In this document: positions 14,641-23,363 of the stretch, piece after piece | Position numbering within the stretch: position 1 is the first letter of the stretch | Layout of the letters: every line of letters begins with the position of its first letter | Origin: a virus | Taxonomy: Duplodnaviria; Caudoviricetes | IMG/VR virus record: IMGVR_UViG_3300011442_000017 | Location: 1 to 39,269 of that record | Length of the DNA: 39,269 nucleotides | Direction: 5' to 3' (one strand) | Notes under the pieces: model-generated | Told to the model about the DNA's origin: nothing | Databases searched by the model: none | Seen by the model: only the letters and a program-made list of their open reading frames with translations | Program-made: the position numbers and the translations under genes

Positions 14641-15198
14641 GTGGCATCGAATCCTTTCCTACGTCTCGTGTGGCAGCGCGTGCGCGAGCGCGGCGGCTGG
14701 TCGCCGATCCTCGAACGCATCGCCAAGGGCGAGGCGCTGATGAAGATTGCGCGCGACTACGACTGCTCACGGCACACGCTCTACAAACTGCTCCACAAGA
14801 AAGAGGCGCTGTGGAACCTCTTCGAGGAAGCGCGGCGTGAATCCGCAATGGCGCTCGCTGAAGAGGGCACCGACATCCTCGACAAGCTCGCCGAACCAAA
14901 CGCCGACGGATCAATTCGCATCGTGACGCGCGAGGACATCGCGCTGGCTCGTGAGCGGGTCGCACAACGTCGTTGGCTCGCGCAGGCATTCGACCGCGAG
15001 ACCTTCGGCATTCAGACGCCCGAGGGCGCGGGCGGCAAGCTCTCCATCGGGTCGCTGCACCTTCAGGTGCTGATGACTCGCTCCGCACCAACAGCCAAGC
15101 AACTCCCGAGTGGTCCGCAGCCTCGCGTCGTCGAGGCCGAGATAGTCGAGGAGTCTGATGACACACCGCAAGAGAATCGCGAACAGCCAGGGAGTTGA
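14641..15198 (+). CDS. terS: terminase small subunit (Sf6/P22-like)
   Basis: N-terminal HTH (ILERIAKGEALMKIARDYDCSRHTLYKLL), EEARRESAMALAEE, LARERVAQRRWLAQ...FG; first gene of the rightward arm. Confidence 0.75.
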   Translation: MASNPFLRLVWQRVRERGGWSPILERIAKGEALMKIARDYDCSRHTLYKLLHKKEALWNLFEEARRESAMALAEEGTDILDKLAEPNADGSIRIVTREDIALARERVAQRRWLAQAFDRETFGIQTPEGAGGKLSIGSLHLQVLMTRSAPTAKQLPSGPQPRVVEAEIVEESDDTPQENREQPGS

Positions 15199-15397
15199 GC
15201 ACCTCGAAATCAAAGGCGAGCGGCCGGACGTCGCGCGCGAGTTGAAGGCAGGCGTCGAGGGCGTGTTCAACCCATTCGAGTCGGATGCACAGAGGCGCGC
15301 GATGTACGCCGCAGCCTCGGGTCGTTCGACGCTCGGCATTCCACGCAAGGTAGCTCGTGAGTACATCCGGGCAGACAAGAGGAAGCATGGCGAGTAA
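15158..15397 (+). CDS. small conserved phage protein
   Basis: PFESDAQRRAMYAAASGRSTLGIPRKVAREYIRAD motif. Confidence 0.65.
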   Translation: MTHRKRIANSQGVEHLEIKGERPDVARELKAGVEGVFNPFESDAQRRAMYAAASGRSTLGIPRKVAREYIRADKRKHGE

Positions 15398-15569
15398 GCG
15401 ACCGAAGGCACCGAGGGGCACAGGCATCAAGCGCGTCGTCGTGGAAGAGCGCGACCGGCCCGAGCCAGTGCGTGTCACCATCACGAAGGACAACAGACCG
15501 AAGATGAAGAAGCGCGGACCGATGTCCGAGTTGATTCAACGCGGGCTCGCCGAGCGGTCGTTCATCTAA
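15387..15569 (+). CDS. small basic protein
   Basis: GAGG SD, MASKRPKAPRG... Confidence 0.55.
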   Translation: MASKRPKAPRGTGIKRVVVEERDRPEPVRVTITKDNRPKMKKRGPMSELIQRGLAERSFI

Positions 15570-15582
15570 AACGGAGGTACGA

Positions 15583-15765
15583 GTGGGTAAGGGCGACAAC
15601 CGACGGCCGACGCAGGTAAGCGATCAGGCCTTCACCAACAACTGGTGCGCCACGATGGGTCACAAGGCGCGAGGTAGCTCGAAGGTGTGCAGCACCTGCG
15701 GGCAACGTATCACTCGAAAGAAAGCGAAGCATGTCTCTCCTCGCATCAATCAAGACGTGGATTGA
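15583..15765 (+). CDS. small protein with GKG..RP..NW motif and CxxC
   Basis: GGAGGT SD; MGKGDNRRPTQVSDQAFTNNW. Confidence 0.6.
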   Translation: MGKGDNRRPTQVSDQAFTNNWCATMGHKARGSSKVCSTCGQRITRKKAKHVSPRINQDVD

Positions 15766-16051
15766 CGGCGCTGACTGGCGCTCGTGGCTAACGCACTCAT
15801 TGGCCGCGCTGCCCATTGCAGCACTGACGATGTGGCTGGGCAACTCTGCTGTCGCAGTGTGGCTCGCGCATCTACTCACGCCGGGCGGACTCGCCGGTGT
15901 GTGGTCCGTGTTCTGCGTCTTCGCCATGCGTGAGATAGAGCAGCGCCTGCTCAAGCTCGCAGCAGGCGTGCGACCGCACCCAACTGACGACGTCCTCGAC
16001 GTGGTGTTCCCCGTCGCGGCCGTCATCCTCTTGGTCGCGCTGCTCGCGTAG
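15731..16051 (+). CDS. membrane protein (106 aa)
   Basis: About three hydrophobic segments. Confidence 0.65.
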   Translation: MSLLASIKTWIDGADWRSWLTHSLAALPIAALTMWLGNSAVAVWLAHLLTPGGLAGVWSVFCVFAMREIEQRLLKLAAGVRPHPTDDVLDVVFPVAAVILLVALLA

Positions 16052-16077
16052 CTGAAGCCTGAGCCGCGACCCATCGC

Positions 16078-16151
16078 ATGGGGTCGGGCTCAAGGTGAGC
16101 TACTCGCTTCGGAGGCGAGGCATCGGGAGGGTTCGATTCCCTCACCCCATA
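16078..16151 (+). tRNA. degenerate tRNA-Pro(CGG)-like element
   Basis: Acceptor ATGGGGT/ACCCCAT; D arm GGCTC-AAGGT-GAGCT; anticodon arm CTCGC-TTCGGAG-GCGAG (CGG at 16110-16112); T arm GAGGG-TTCGATT-CCCTC. Followed by TCA rather than CCA. Non-canonical C8, short D loop, A37. Confidence 0.65.
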
Positions 16152-16177
16152 TCACTGAGTGGTAGGAGCAGCGAACA

Positions 16178-16390
16178 ATGGCAGCAGCGAAGCTCGAAGA
16201 TGTAGTCGCCGCACTCGCAGTCGTGACGGCGCGCCTTGATGTGATGCTCGCGTCGATGGCCGGAGTAGCGGCGGCGTTGGTGCTCGCGAATGGTGAGCGC
16301 GCTGCCAAGCTGAACGCTGTAGTCGAGGCACTGACGAACGCGAACGAGGTGCTTATCACTGCGACGCGCAGGCGTAGAGGTGGAGGGTAG
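16178..16390 (+). CDS. hypothetical Ala-rich protein (70 aa)
   Basis: AGGAG SD; followed by hairpin ACGCGACAG/CTGTCGCGT (about 16404-16428). Confidence 0.55.
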   Translation: MAAAKLEDVVAALAVVTARLDVMLASMAGVAAALVLANGERAAKLNAVVEALTNANEVLITATRRRRGGG

Positions 16391-16465
16391 GCCCGGCGTG
16401 CACCACGCGACAGTAAACGCTGTCGCGTAGGCGCGACGACAGTGTCATGACATCATGATGTCCCA

Positions 16466-16632
16466 TGTCAGGATGGCACGATGACACACCAGCACGCAGG
16501 TCCGAGTGTGCACAGGATGGCACAGTGCGTAAGTGTCACAGTGCCATCCAGTTACGTCATCGACTTCGTATAATGGACATTATGTTAAGCTGGCTGGGGG
16601 TGCGGGCGCAGGGTCACCGTGCCATCCTGACA
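16466..16632. repeat. 20-bp inverted repeat plus GGATGGCAC boxes flanking the dif-like site
   Basis: TGTCAGGATGGCACGATGAC (16466-16485) / GTCACCGTGCCATCCTGACA (16613-16632), 19/20 match; an inner GGATGGCAC...GTGCCATCC pair at about 16515-16549. Confidence 0.8.
16563..16590 (+). other. dif: XerC/XerD dif-like recombination site
   Basis: ACTTCGTATAA-TGGACA-TTATGTTAAGC: 11-6-11 architecture; the XerD arm matches TTATGTTAAAT at 9/11. Confidence 0.8.
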
Positions 16633-16722
16633 GGCGACAGCGTCGCGACAGCCCCCCATCTTTTGCGCGAGGGGGCCGGTGGCAATGGCCCGGTGGATCG
16701 ACAACGAGACGAGGGGGTCCCG

Positions 16723-17142
16723 GTGGAAAAAAATTATGCTTTCGAGTTAGCGCGGTCTCTCAAGGACATGCGCGACCGGATCGAATGGGGCGCGCTGCGC
16801 GCGACGGCCGAAGGTGCCGTCACGCTCGCGATACCTGAACGCGGAAAATCAATCGCCGAGCAGGCCATTGAGGTTGGCAACGTGACCCCGAGGCACTGGA
16901 CCGAGGTGCGCTACGGCGCGCACGCGAGACTTGGCACCGACGGAACGGTCTTCGTCGTCTGCCGGGAAGATGGCTCGATGACAACGTGGTCGAGCCGCTC
17001 GCTGCATCCTCGCCCGTGGGCCTACTGGCAATTCAAGAACGGCACCATCGCACCGATGACGCAGAGTGACCTGCCGTTCGACTTCGACTTCGATGTCGCG
17101 TTCGACCGCGCGCTCTCAGCCTACGTGGTCTACTCCCGGTGA
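16723..17142 (+). CDS. hypothetical protein
   Basis: GTG after a GAGGGGG SD (VEKNYAFELARSLKDMRDRIEW...); GTGA coupling downstream. Confidence 0.55.
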   Translation: MEKNYAFELARSLKDMRDRIEWGALRATAEGAVTLAIPERGKSIAEQAIEVGNVTPRHWTEVRYGAHARLGTDGTVFVVCREDGSMTTWSSRSLHPRPWAYWQFKNGTIAPMTQSDLPFDFDFDVAFDRALSAYVVYSR

Positions 17143-17390
17143 GCAACGTGCGGAAATTTCTCAAGGCCATCCTCGGCCTCGCTCTCTTCGGAGGCGTCAT
17201 CGCTGTTGTGGTGAGCGTCAACGACACCGCGTACCGGCGGGGTTTTAGCGCGGGCAAGGACGTCGTGGATTCGATCCGCGACGAGATGATCTTCGACCTG
17301 TACGACCGCTGGGCTCTGTGTATCCTGCGGTCTACACCGGGCGACATCGTCTTCCCGAGCGACACCGCGACGCGGCTGTTGTGGAGGTAA
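17139..17390 (+). CDS. membrane-anchored hypothetical protein
   Basis: N-terminal TM (ILGLALFGGVIAVVVSV). Confidence 0.6.
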   Translation: MSNVRKFLKAILGLALFGGVIAVVVSVNDTAYRRGFSAGKDVVDSIRDEMIFDLYDRWALCILRSTPGDIVFPSDTATRLLWR

Positions 17391-17500
17391 AGCGTGCGTG
17401 TCCGCATCTGCGGCAGGTGACGCCCGAGGGGAAATATACCTGGGCGCGCTGTCTCGATTGCGGCCTCGTCTTCCGCGTCGTGGTGCTGTGCCGTGAGTAA
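17381..17500 (+). CDS. small Zn-finger-like protein
   Basis: CPH...CLDCG; overlaps the terL start. Confidence 0.45.
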   Translation: MEVKRACPHLRQVTPEGKYTWARCLDCGLVFRVVVLCRE

Positions 17501-19004
17501 CGCGCGGCCGGTCGGGACGCCCGCCTTCAAGGAAGCGAAGGCGCTGGAACAGGGCCTTGCGTGGTGGGACCGATACGCGGCCGACATCATCCTCTTCATC
17601 CGCGAGGAGTTGAAGGCCGAGCCGTGGGAGTGGCAGCTTGAAGTCCTAGAGCAGTACAACAGGCGGACGCGGCGCATCAGCATCAGGTCGGGCCACCGGG
17701 TGGGGAAAACCACATTGCTGGCCTGGATGATTCTGCACCACATCCTATTCCGCTTCCCGCAGAAGACGCAGGTCACCGCGCCGACCGAGAAGCAGTTGTA
17801 CAACGCGCTCTGGTCCGAGGTGAAGAAGTGGCACGAGGCCTTGCGGCCCGAGCTTCGGCTGCTGGTCGAGGTGAAGCACGACCGCGCGGAGTTGGTCGAA
17901 TCGCCGGGTAAGTCATTCACGTCGTGCGCGACGTCACGAGCCGAGACGCCCGAGGCACTAGCCGGGGTCCACTCCGATTGGGTGCTGCTTATCGCCGACG
18001 AAGCGAGCGGTGTGCCTGAAGCCGTCTTCGAGTCAGCCATCGGGTCGATGGCCGGTGAGAACGCCATGACGATCCTGACCGGAAACCCGGTGCGCGGCCA
18101 GGGTACCTTCTTCGAGACCCACGGCAAGCTCGCCGGGGATGGCTCGAAGGGGACGTGGTGGACGAAAAAGGTGTCCTGCCTCGACGTGCCCGAACAGGTC
18201 TCGGCGGACTTCATCCTCGACGTCAAGATGCGTTGGGGTGAAAACTCCAACCAGTATCGCGTCCGCGTCCTCGGCGAATTCCCTGTCTCGGACGATGACA
18301 CGATCATCCCCTTCGATCTTGTCGAGGCGGCGCTGCACCGCGATGTCTCGACGAGCAAGACGGCCCCGATCATCTGGGGCGTGGACTGCGCTCGCTTTGG
18401 ACGCGACCGCTCGACGCTCGCGAAGCGGCAGGCCAACCGCCTGCTCGAACCGATCCGCTGGTGGGTGAAACTCGACACGATGGAGGTTGCCGCCAGGGTC
18501 AAGCTCGAATGGGACAACACGCCGGTGGCTCAACGGCCGCTTGAAATCAACATCGACGTCATCGGCCTCGGAGCCGGGGTCGTCGATAGGCTGCGCGAGT
18601 TGGGCCTACCCGCGCGCGGCATCAACGTCTCGGAGTCTCCATCGCTCTCCGACAAGGAACGCTACGCCAATCTGAAGGCCGAGTTGTGGTTCAAGGGCCG
18701 CCAGTGGTTCGCCGCGCGGGATTGCGCGATCCCCGATGTCTACGGGGGCAATCGTGTGCGCGACGGCAGCATCGGCGACTTCGTGGCAGAGTTGACGACC
18801 GTGAAGTACCGCTTCCGTAAGGGGAGCCAGAAGATTGAAGCCGAGTCCAAGGACGATCTGAAGAAGCGTGGCATGGACAGCCCCGACCTCGCAGACGCCT
18901 TCATTCTGACCTTCGCCAGCGAAGCGATCACTCTGGCCTTTGGCCGAGCAGGGTCGCAATCGTGGAAGAAGCCAATCAGCCGCATTCTCAAAGGAATCGT
19001 ATAA
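17493..19004 (+). CDS. terL: terminase large subunit
   Basis: SIRSGHRVGKT Walker A, LIADEASG Walker B, TGNP, GVDCARFGRD, SPDLADA nuclease motifs. Confidence 0.95.
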   Translation: MSNARPVGTPAFKEAKALEQGLAWWDRYAADIILFIREELKAEPWEWQLEVLEQYNRRTRRISIRSGHRVGKTTLLAWMILHHILFRFPQKTQVTAPTEKQLYNALWSEVKKWHEALRPELRLLVEVKHDRAELVESPGKSFTSCATSRAETPEALAGVHSDWVLLIADEASGVPEAVFESAIGSMAGENAMTILTGNPVRGQGTFFETHGKLAGDGSKGTWWTKKVSCLDVPEQVSADFILDVKMRWGENSNQYRVRVLGEFPVSDDDTIIPFDLVEAALHRDVSTSKTAPIIWGVDCARFGRDRSTLAKRQANRLLEPIRWWVKLDTMEVAARVKLEWDNTPVAQRPLEINIDVIGLGAGVVDRLRELGLPARGINVSESPSLSDKERYANLKAELWFKGRQWFAARDCAIPDVYGGNRVRDGSIGDFVAELTTVKYRFRKGSQKIEAESKDDLKKRGMDSPDLADAFILTFASEAITLAFGRAGSQSWKKPISRILKGIV

Positions 19005-21250
19005 TGCCCGTAGTCCATCTGCAGAGCCCGGCCGATGCGGACGCAGCGGCCATCCCCAGCCCCGACGGCGAGGCGACACTCGACGAAGGGACCACCGAGT
19101 TGCAGTCATCGCTCGTGCAGATGGTGAACGACGCCATCCTCCACGCCGACGGCACGCTCGACAAGGCCCGCGCCGAGGCCGAGAAGTACTACAAGGGTGA
19201 GTTGTTCGGCAACGAGGAGGAAGGCCGCTCCCAGGTCGTGATGACCGAGTTGCGCGACGCCGTCCTCCAAATCATGCCCTCCCTGATCCGTATGTTCTTC
19301 GGCGCGTATCCGGCCGTCGAGTACGGCCCCTCCAACTCGCAGCAGGTCCAGATGGCCGAGCAGGTCACGAAGTTTGTGCTCGACGTCATCCTGCAGCAGG
19401 ACAACACCGGCCTCCTGGTCTACCACGACTGGTTCAAGGACGCCCTGGTCAAACGCATGGGCGTGCTGAAGGCGTGGCGCGACGAAGGCGAAGAGGTGCG
19501 CGGGTACTCCAACGTCTACCAGACCTACGAGCAGGTGCTCGTGCTCGCGTCCGATGACTCCATCGGCATCGACGAGGTTCGTCCGTGCGAGGGTGCACCG
19601 CCGGGCCAGCCGCTGTACGACGTGGACTACACCCAGACGCGGAAGTGGAACCGCATCCGCATCGCCTGCATCCCGCCCGAGGAGTACATCTATACCAAGG
19701 GCGCACGCTCGACATCGAACGAGCCGCACGTCCCCGGTGTGGCACCCTTCGTCGGCCACCGGACGCAGTTGACGCGCTCGCAGCTTCGCAATCTGGGCGT
19801 CTCCGAGGAGGACATCGAGGAGCACGCCTTCCGCGATTCACAGTTGGATTCGACGCAGTCGGAAATCGCGCGCCAGAAGGACGGCGTCAAGGACGATGCC
19901 GACAGTAACCTCCCCGAGGCGAACCGCACGGCCCTGTGGATCGAGGGATACGTGTACCTCGCGCTCGACGAGGACGAGGGCAAGACACAGTTGTACCGCG
20001 TCAACATGCTCGGACCCGGCTACAGCATCGTGGGCAAGCCCGAGAGGGCAGCCCGACGTCCGTTCGCCGTGCTCTGTCCCGACCCGACGCCCCACACCAT
20101 CGAGGGCTCCGGCATCTCTGACTACACGATGGACCTGCAGAAGATCATGTCGGCCGTGTGGCGGAACATGCTCGACTCGCTCGTCCTCGCGCTGAATCCG
20201 CGCATCGCCTACATGGAGGGTGAAGCATCCCTCGAAGACATCCTGAACATGCAGTTGGCCGCGCCCATCAGGACGCGGACCCCGCCCGCGCAGGCCATTC
20301 AGATCATCGAACACAACTTCGTTGGTCAGGCCGCCCTTCCGGTGCTCGACGCCCTGAAGCGGGTCAAGAAGGACCGCATCGGGGTGGACGACGCCTCGTC
20401 CGGGCTCGATGCTTCCGCAATGGCGAGCACGACCGCGATGGCCGTTGCCTCGGCGCAGGGGAAGGCGCAGGAGCACATCGAGCTTATCGGCCGCATCTTC
20501 GCCGAGACCGGCGTGAAGCAGTTGTTCCGCATGATCCTCGAATTGATTACCGAGAACCCCGACGCCGAGCGGATGGTGCGCGTCGCCGGTTCCTACGTCC
20601 CGATGGACCCGCGCTCGTGGGATTCCAACCTCGATGTGCGGGTGAATGTCGCCATCGGCGCAGGCACCACGGCCGAGAAGATTGGCGCACTGCAGGAGAG
20701 CCTCGCCGGGATGGACGGCCTGCTGCAGGTCGTCGGCGCGAACAACCCCATCTTCAGCCTTGAGCAGTACGTCGATCACCACGTCAGGATTCTGAAGCTG
20801 CGTGGCTTCACCGACGCCGAGAACATGTGGGGCAACAAGGGCTACCAGCCGCCGCCGGAGGACCCGAACAAGCAGGACCCGAACGTCATGATTGCACAGG
20901 CCGAACAGGCCAAGGCGCAATCGAAAATCGCGAGCGATCAGGCACAACTCGAAATCAAGTCAGCGCAGCACGAGGTAGACGTCCAACGTCAGGGCGAAGA
21001 CTTGCGCCTGCGCGAGAAGGAAATCGACCTCAACGACAAGCGCGAGCGCGAACGCCTCGAAGCCGAGTTGACCCTGAAGGTCATGGAGATGAATCTCAAG
21101 TACCAGACCCAGGTCACCGTCGCCGACGTGAAGGCCAAGGCGACGCAGACGGCCGGGGGTGGCTCGCGGAAGGTGACGCACTCGAAGGATGCCGAGGGTG
21201 GTGAGTCGGTGACCGTCGAGGAATCGCGTGACGGAAATCCGGCAGCCTAA
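19004..21250 (+). CDS. portal protein (P22/SU10-like)
   Basis: TAATG overlap with terL; YYKGELFGNEEEGRSQVV, WFKDALVKRMG, IPPEEY, RIFAETGVKQLF, DVRVNVAIG; C-terminal coiled-coil barrel. Confidence 0.9.
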   Translation: MPVVHLQSPADADAAAIPSPDGEATLDEGTTELQSSLVQMVNDAILHADGTLDKARAEAEKYYKGELFGNEEEGRSQVVMTELRDAVLQIMPSLIRMFFGAYPAVEYGPSNSQQVQMAEQVTKFVLDVILQQDNTGLLVYHDWFKDALVKRMGVLKAWRDEGEEVRGYSNVYQTYEQVLVLASDDSIGIDEVRPCEGAPPGQPLYDVDYTQTRKWNRIRIACIPPEEYIYTKGARSTSNEPHVPGVAPFVGHRTQLTRSQLRNLGVSEEDIEEHAFRDSQLDSTQSEIARQKDGVKDDADSNLPEANRTALWIEGYVYLALDEDEGKTQLYRVNMLGPGYSIVGKPERAARRPFAVLCPDPTPHTIEGSGISDYTMDLQKIMSAVWRNMLDSLVLALNPRIAYMEGEASLEDILNMQLAAPIRTRTPPAQAIQIIEHNFVGQAALPVLDALKRVKKDRIGVDDASSGLDASAMASTTAMAVASAQGKAQEHIELIGRIFAETGVKQLFRMILELITENPDAERMVRVAGSYVPMDPRSWDSNLDVRVNVAIGAGTTAEKIGALQESLAGMDGLLQVVGANNPIFSLEQYVDHHVRILKLRGFTDAENMWGNKGYQPPPEDPNKQDPNVMIAQAEQAKAQSKIASDQAQLEIKSAQHEVDVQRQGEDLRLREKEIDLNDKRERERLEAELTLKVMEMNLKYQTQVTVADVKAKATQTAGGGSRKVTHSKDAEGGESVTVEESRDGNPAA

Positions 21251-22464
21251 TGAGTAACCTCCGGGTCGCTTCAGGCCTCAAGCTCGCCGAGGCTCCGAAG
21301 CAATACGACAAGTCCGACCAAGACCGCACGCGCCGTCTGATTGAGATGGCGCTTGCGGCCTACTCGCGGCAGATTCAGAACGTTGCTGATGAAATCGGTG
21401 TTGAGGCGACTGAAGCGGGGAACCGCTACGATCCGGTGTCACCAATTCACGGGACCGTACATACGGCGAGTACGGCCGCCTCGCCGCCCTACATTCAGTT
21501 GCTCAATCCGCCGGGCTCGGGGAAGATCATCGTCCTCTACGAGCTACGCTTGATGCATGGCACGAATACGCGCGTGCTCGGCCGCGTGACGCAGACCCCG
21601 GTCGATCTAGCGGGGGTGGCGGCGGTCATCACCTCGGCCTTCCTCGAACATCGCGACGAGACCGACATCACGGTCATCAAGGGCACCCTGAAGGGTACGA
21701 CGATCATCGTCGGAACGCCGTTCATCGTCGGAGCAGCGAATTGGGCTGACATCTTGGAGACCGACTCGACGACCCAGGCGAAGTGGCTCTTTGGTCGCGG
21801 AGCAGCCTCACTCGGTCCGGTCGTTGGTGCGACGTCCTACGGCAATCACCAACCGATCATTCTGCAGCCCGGCGATGCGGTCGAGTTTGTCTCGACTACG
21901 AACAACACGACTCTGCGTTGCTACGCCTGCTGGGATGAATTCGCTCTGACTGACATCGTTGGTATCACGGACCTGAACGATCCGAGCGCACCGAAGTCCT
22001 CCTGCTGGGGCATGGGCATCGGACAGGTCGGAGCGGTTAACGGCGGTTCAGTCATTCAGTTTTACAACCCCGGCCCAAAGATTGCGAAGATCACGCAGCT
22101 TGACGTGCTGGCCTCGACGTCGTCCTACGCACAGCTATATCGCACCTCCGTCCCCTCGACCCTCGGGCCGGGCGGCACTCAGACGACCTATCTTGTCACG
22201 CGCATGGCGCGCCGCGATCAACTCGGGGTGCAGTGCAAGATTTACGGCTACAACTTTGCCACCTTCTACGGTGGAAACCGCCTGATGTGGCGCGACAAGG
22301 GGCACTACGCACAGGGCATTCCCTACGAGCAGATCGTTGGCCCCTATGGCGCACCGCTCTATGTGCTGCCGGGCGAGTCGGTGGAATTGGTGAACGAGAC
22401 CTTCAACAACATCCCCATCTCGATGCGGGTGTTCTGGGACGAGATTACCTCGATCCCAAGCTAG
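21250..22464 (+). CDS. putative virion protein with two tandem copies of a beta-rich domain
   Basis: Repeated IQ(L/F)xNP...PxxxxPG(D/E)xVE...WDE; N-terminal APKQYD..DQ..TRR.IE helix. Confidence 0.75.
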   Translation: MSNLRVASGLKLAEAPKQYDKSDQDRTRRLIEMALAAYSRQIQNVADEIGVEATEAGNRYDPVSPIHGTVHTASTAASPPYIQLLNPPGSGKIIVLYELRLMHGTNTRVLGRVTQTPVDLAGVAAVITSAFLEHRDETDITVIKGTLKGTTIIVGTPFIVGAANWADILETDSTTQAKWLFGRGAASLGPVVGATSYGNHQPIILQPGDAVEFVSTTNNTTLRCYACWDEFALTDIVGITDLNDPSAPKSSCWGMGIGQVGAVNGGSVIQFYNPGPKIAKITQLDVLASTSSYAQLYRTSVPSTLGPGGTQTTYLVTRMARRDQLGVQCKIYGYNFATFYGGNRLMWRDKGHYAQGIPYEQIVGPYGAPLYVLPGESVELVNETFNNIPISMRVFWDEITSIPS

Positions 22465-22476
22465 GGGAAAGACAAC

Positions 22477-22983
22477 ATGGCATCCGACATCATCATTCCT
22501 ATCTCGCCAATTCACGGCATGGTCAATACGCCCGGCGACGCGACCCACGGGCCGTTCATTCAGCTATTGAACCCCACTGCGTCGGGCTTCAACCTCCGTG
22601 TCTACGAGATTCGGATTGGGGCCACCAAGCCGACTGGTACGAGTCGTCTTCGCATGGCGCGACGTTCTGCGCCGCTGACACTCGGCGGCGCTATCGTGAC
22701 CGCACTCGTCGAGCGCCGCAACTCGCTCGATGCGACGGCGATTGTTGCGACCCTCAAGGGTTGCGCGGCCGTTGTCGGTACCATCCCGACCGAGGCGCAG
22801 TCATTCTGGTTCGACCGCATCACGGCCGACGGTTCGACACCCTATTCTGAGGTGCCGATCATCGTCCCGATGGCGTTTCCGATTACCGTCGTCCCTGGCT
22901 CGGCCATCGAATTCTTCGATCCCGATGCGGCGGCGGGCAACCTCGCGCGCATGTATGCAGTCTGGGATGAAATCGCGCAGTAA
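22477..22983 (+). CDS. stand-alone paralog of the repeated domain
   Basis: PISPIHG...PFIQLLNPTASG...PITVVPGSAIEF...AVWDEI, similar to the first repeat of 21250-22464. Confidence 0.75.
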   Translation: MASDIIIPISPIHGMVNTPGDATHGPFIQLLNPTASGFNLRVYEIRIGATKPTGTSRLRMARRSAPLTLGGAIVTALVERRNSLDATAIVATLKGCAAVVGTIPTEAQSFWFDRITADGSTPYSEVPIIVPMAFPITVVPGSAIEFFDPDAAAGNLARMYAVWDEIAQ

Positions 22984-23001
22984 TCCGAAAGGGAGTGGGG
23001 C

Positions 23002-23277
23002 ATGAGTCTATTCGAGCACCGAGATGTATCGCCCGACGAAGCAATCCGCCGGGCTCAGGCCATCAAGGCACTCGCGACCAGCGAGGCCTCCAAGTGGCTG
23101 GCCGAGGAGGCCGTGACGAACGCGCACCTCGATTGGGAGAGCGCGCAGACGGTCGAGGCGCGCGAGGCGGCACATCAACACCTCATGGGCATCCGCTCAC
23201 TCGACACGCAGATTCACAAGGCCATCGACCGAGGCGCAGCGGCACAGCGTGCCCTCAAGCCGGTGAGCAAGCCGTAG
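23002..23277 (+). CDS. small protein preceding the scaffold gene
   Basis: RRAQAIKAL...WESAQTVEAREAA; a gene of this size typically sits between portal and scaffold in this phage type. Confidence 0.7.
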   Translation: MSLFEHRDVSPDEAIRRAQAIKALATSEASKWLAEEAVTNAHLDWESAQTVEAREAAHQHLMGIRSLDTQIHKAIDRGAAAQRALKPVSKP

Positions 23278-23335
23278 TTGACCGAGGTGCTGCGTCCGTA
23301 GTGGCGGGAAACGCGGCAGACCAACAACTTACCAC

Positions 23336-23363
23336 TTGACAAGGAGCGTACATTAGCTATGAG
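23336..23363 (+). promoter_or_regulatory. conserved phage promoter-like motif, copy D (upstream of scaffold/capsid)
   Basis: TTGACA-aggagcg-TACATTAGC-TATGAG; its ATG is the scaffold start codon. Confidence 0.75.

Noticed and set aside
16563-16575. ACTTCGTATAATG is identical to part of loxP
   Set aside because: The second loxP arm (TATACGAAGTTAT) is absent. The right arm matches the XerD consensus with a 6-bp spacer, so dif fits better.
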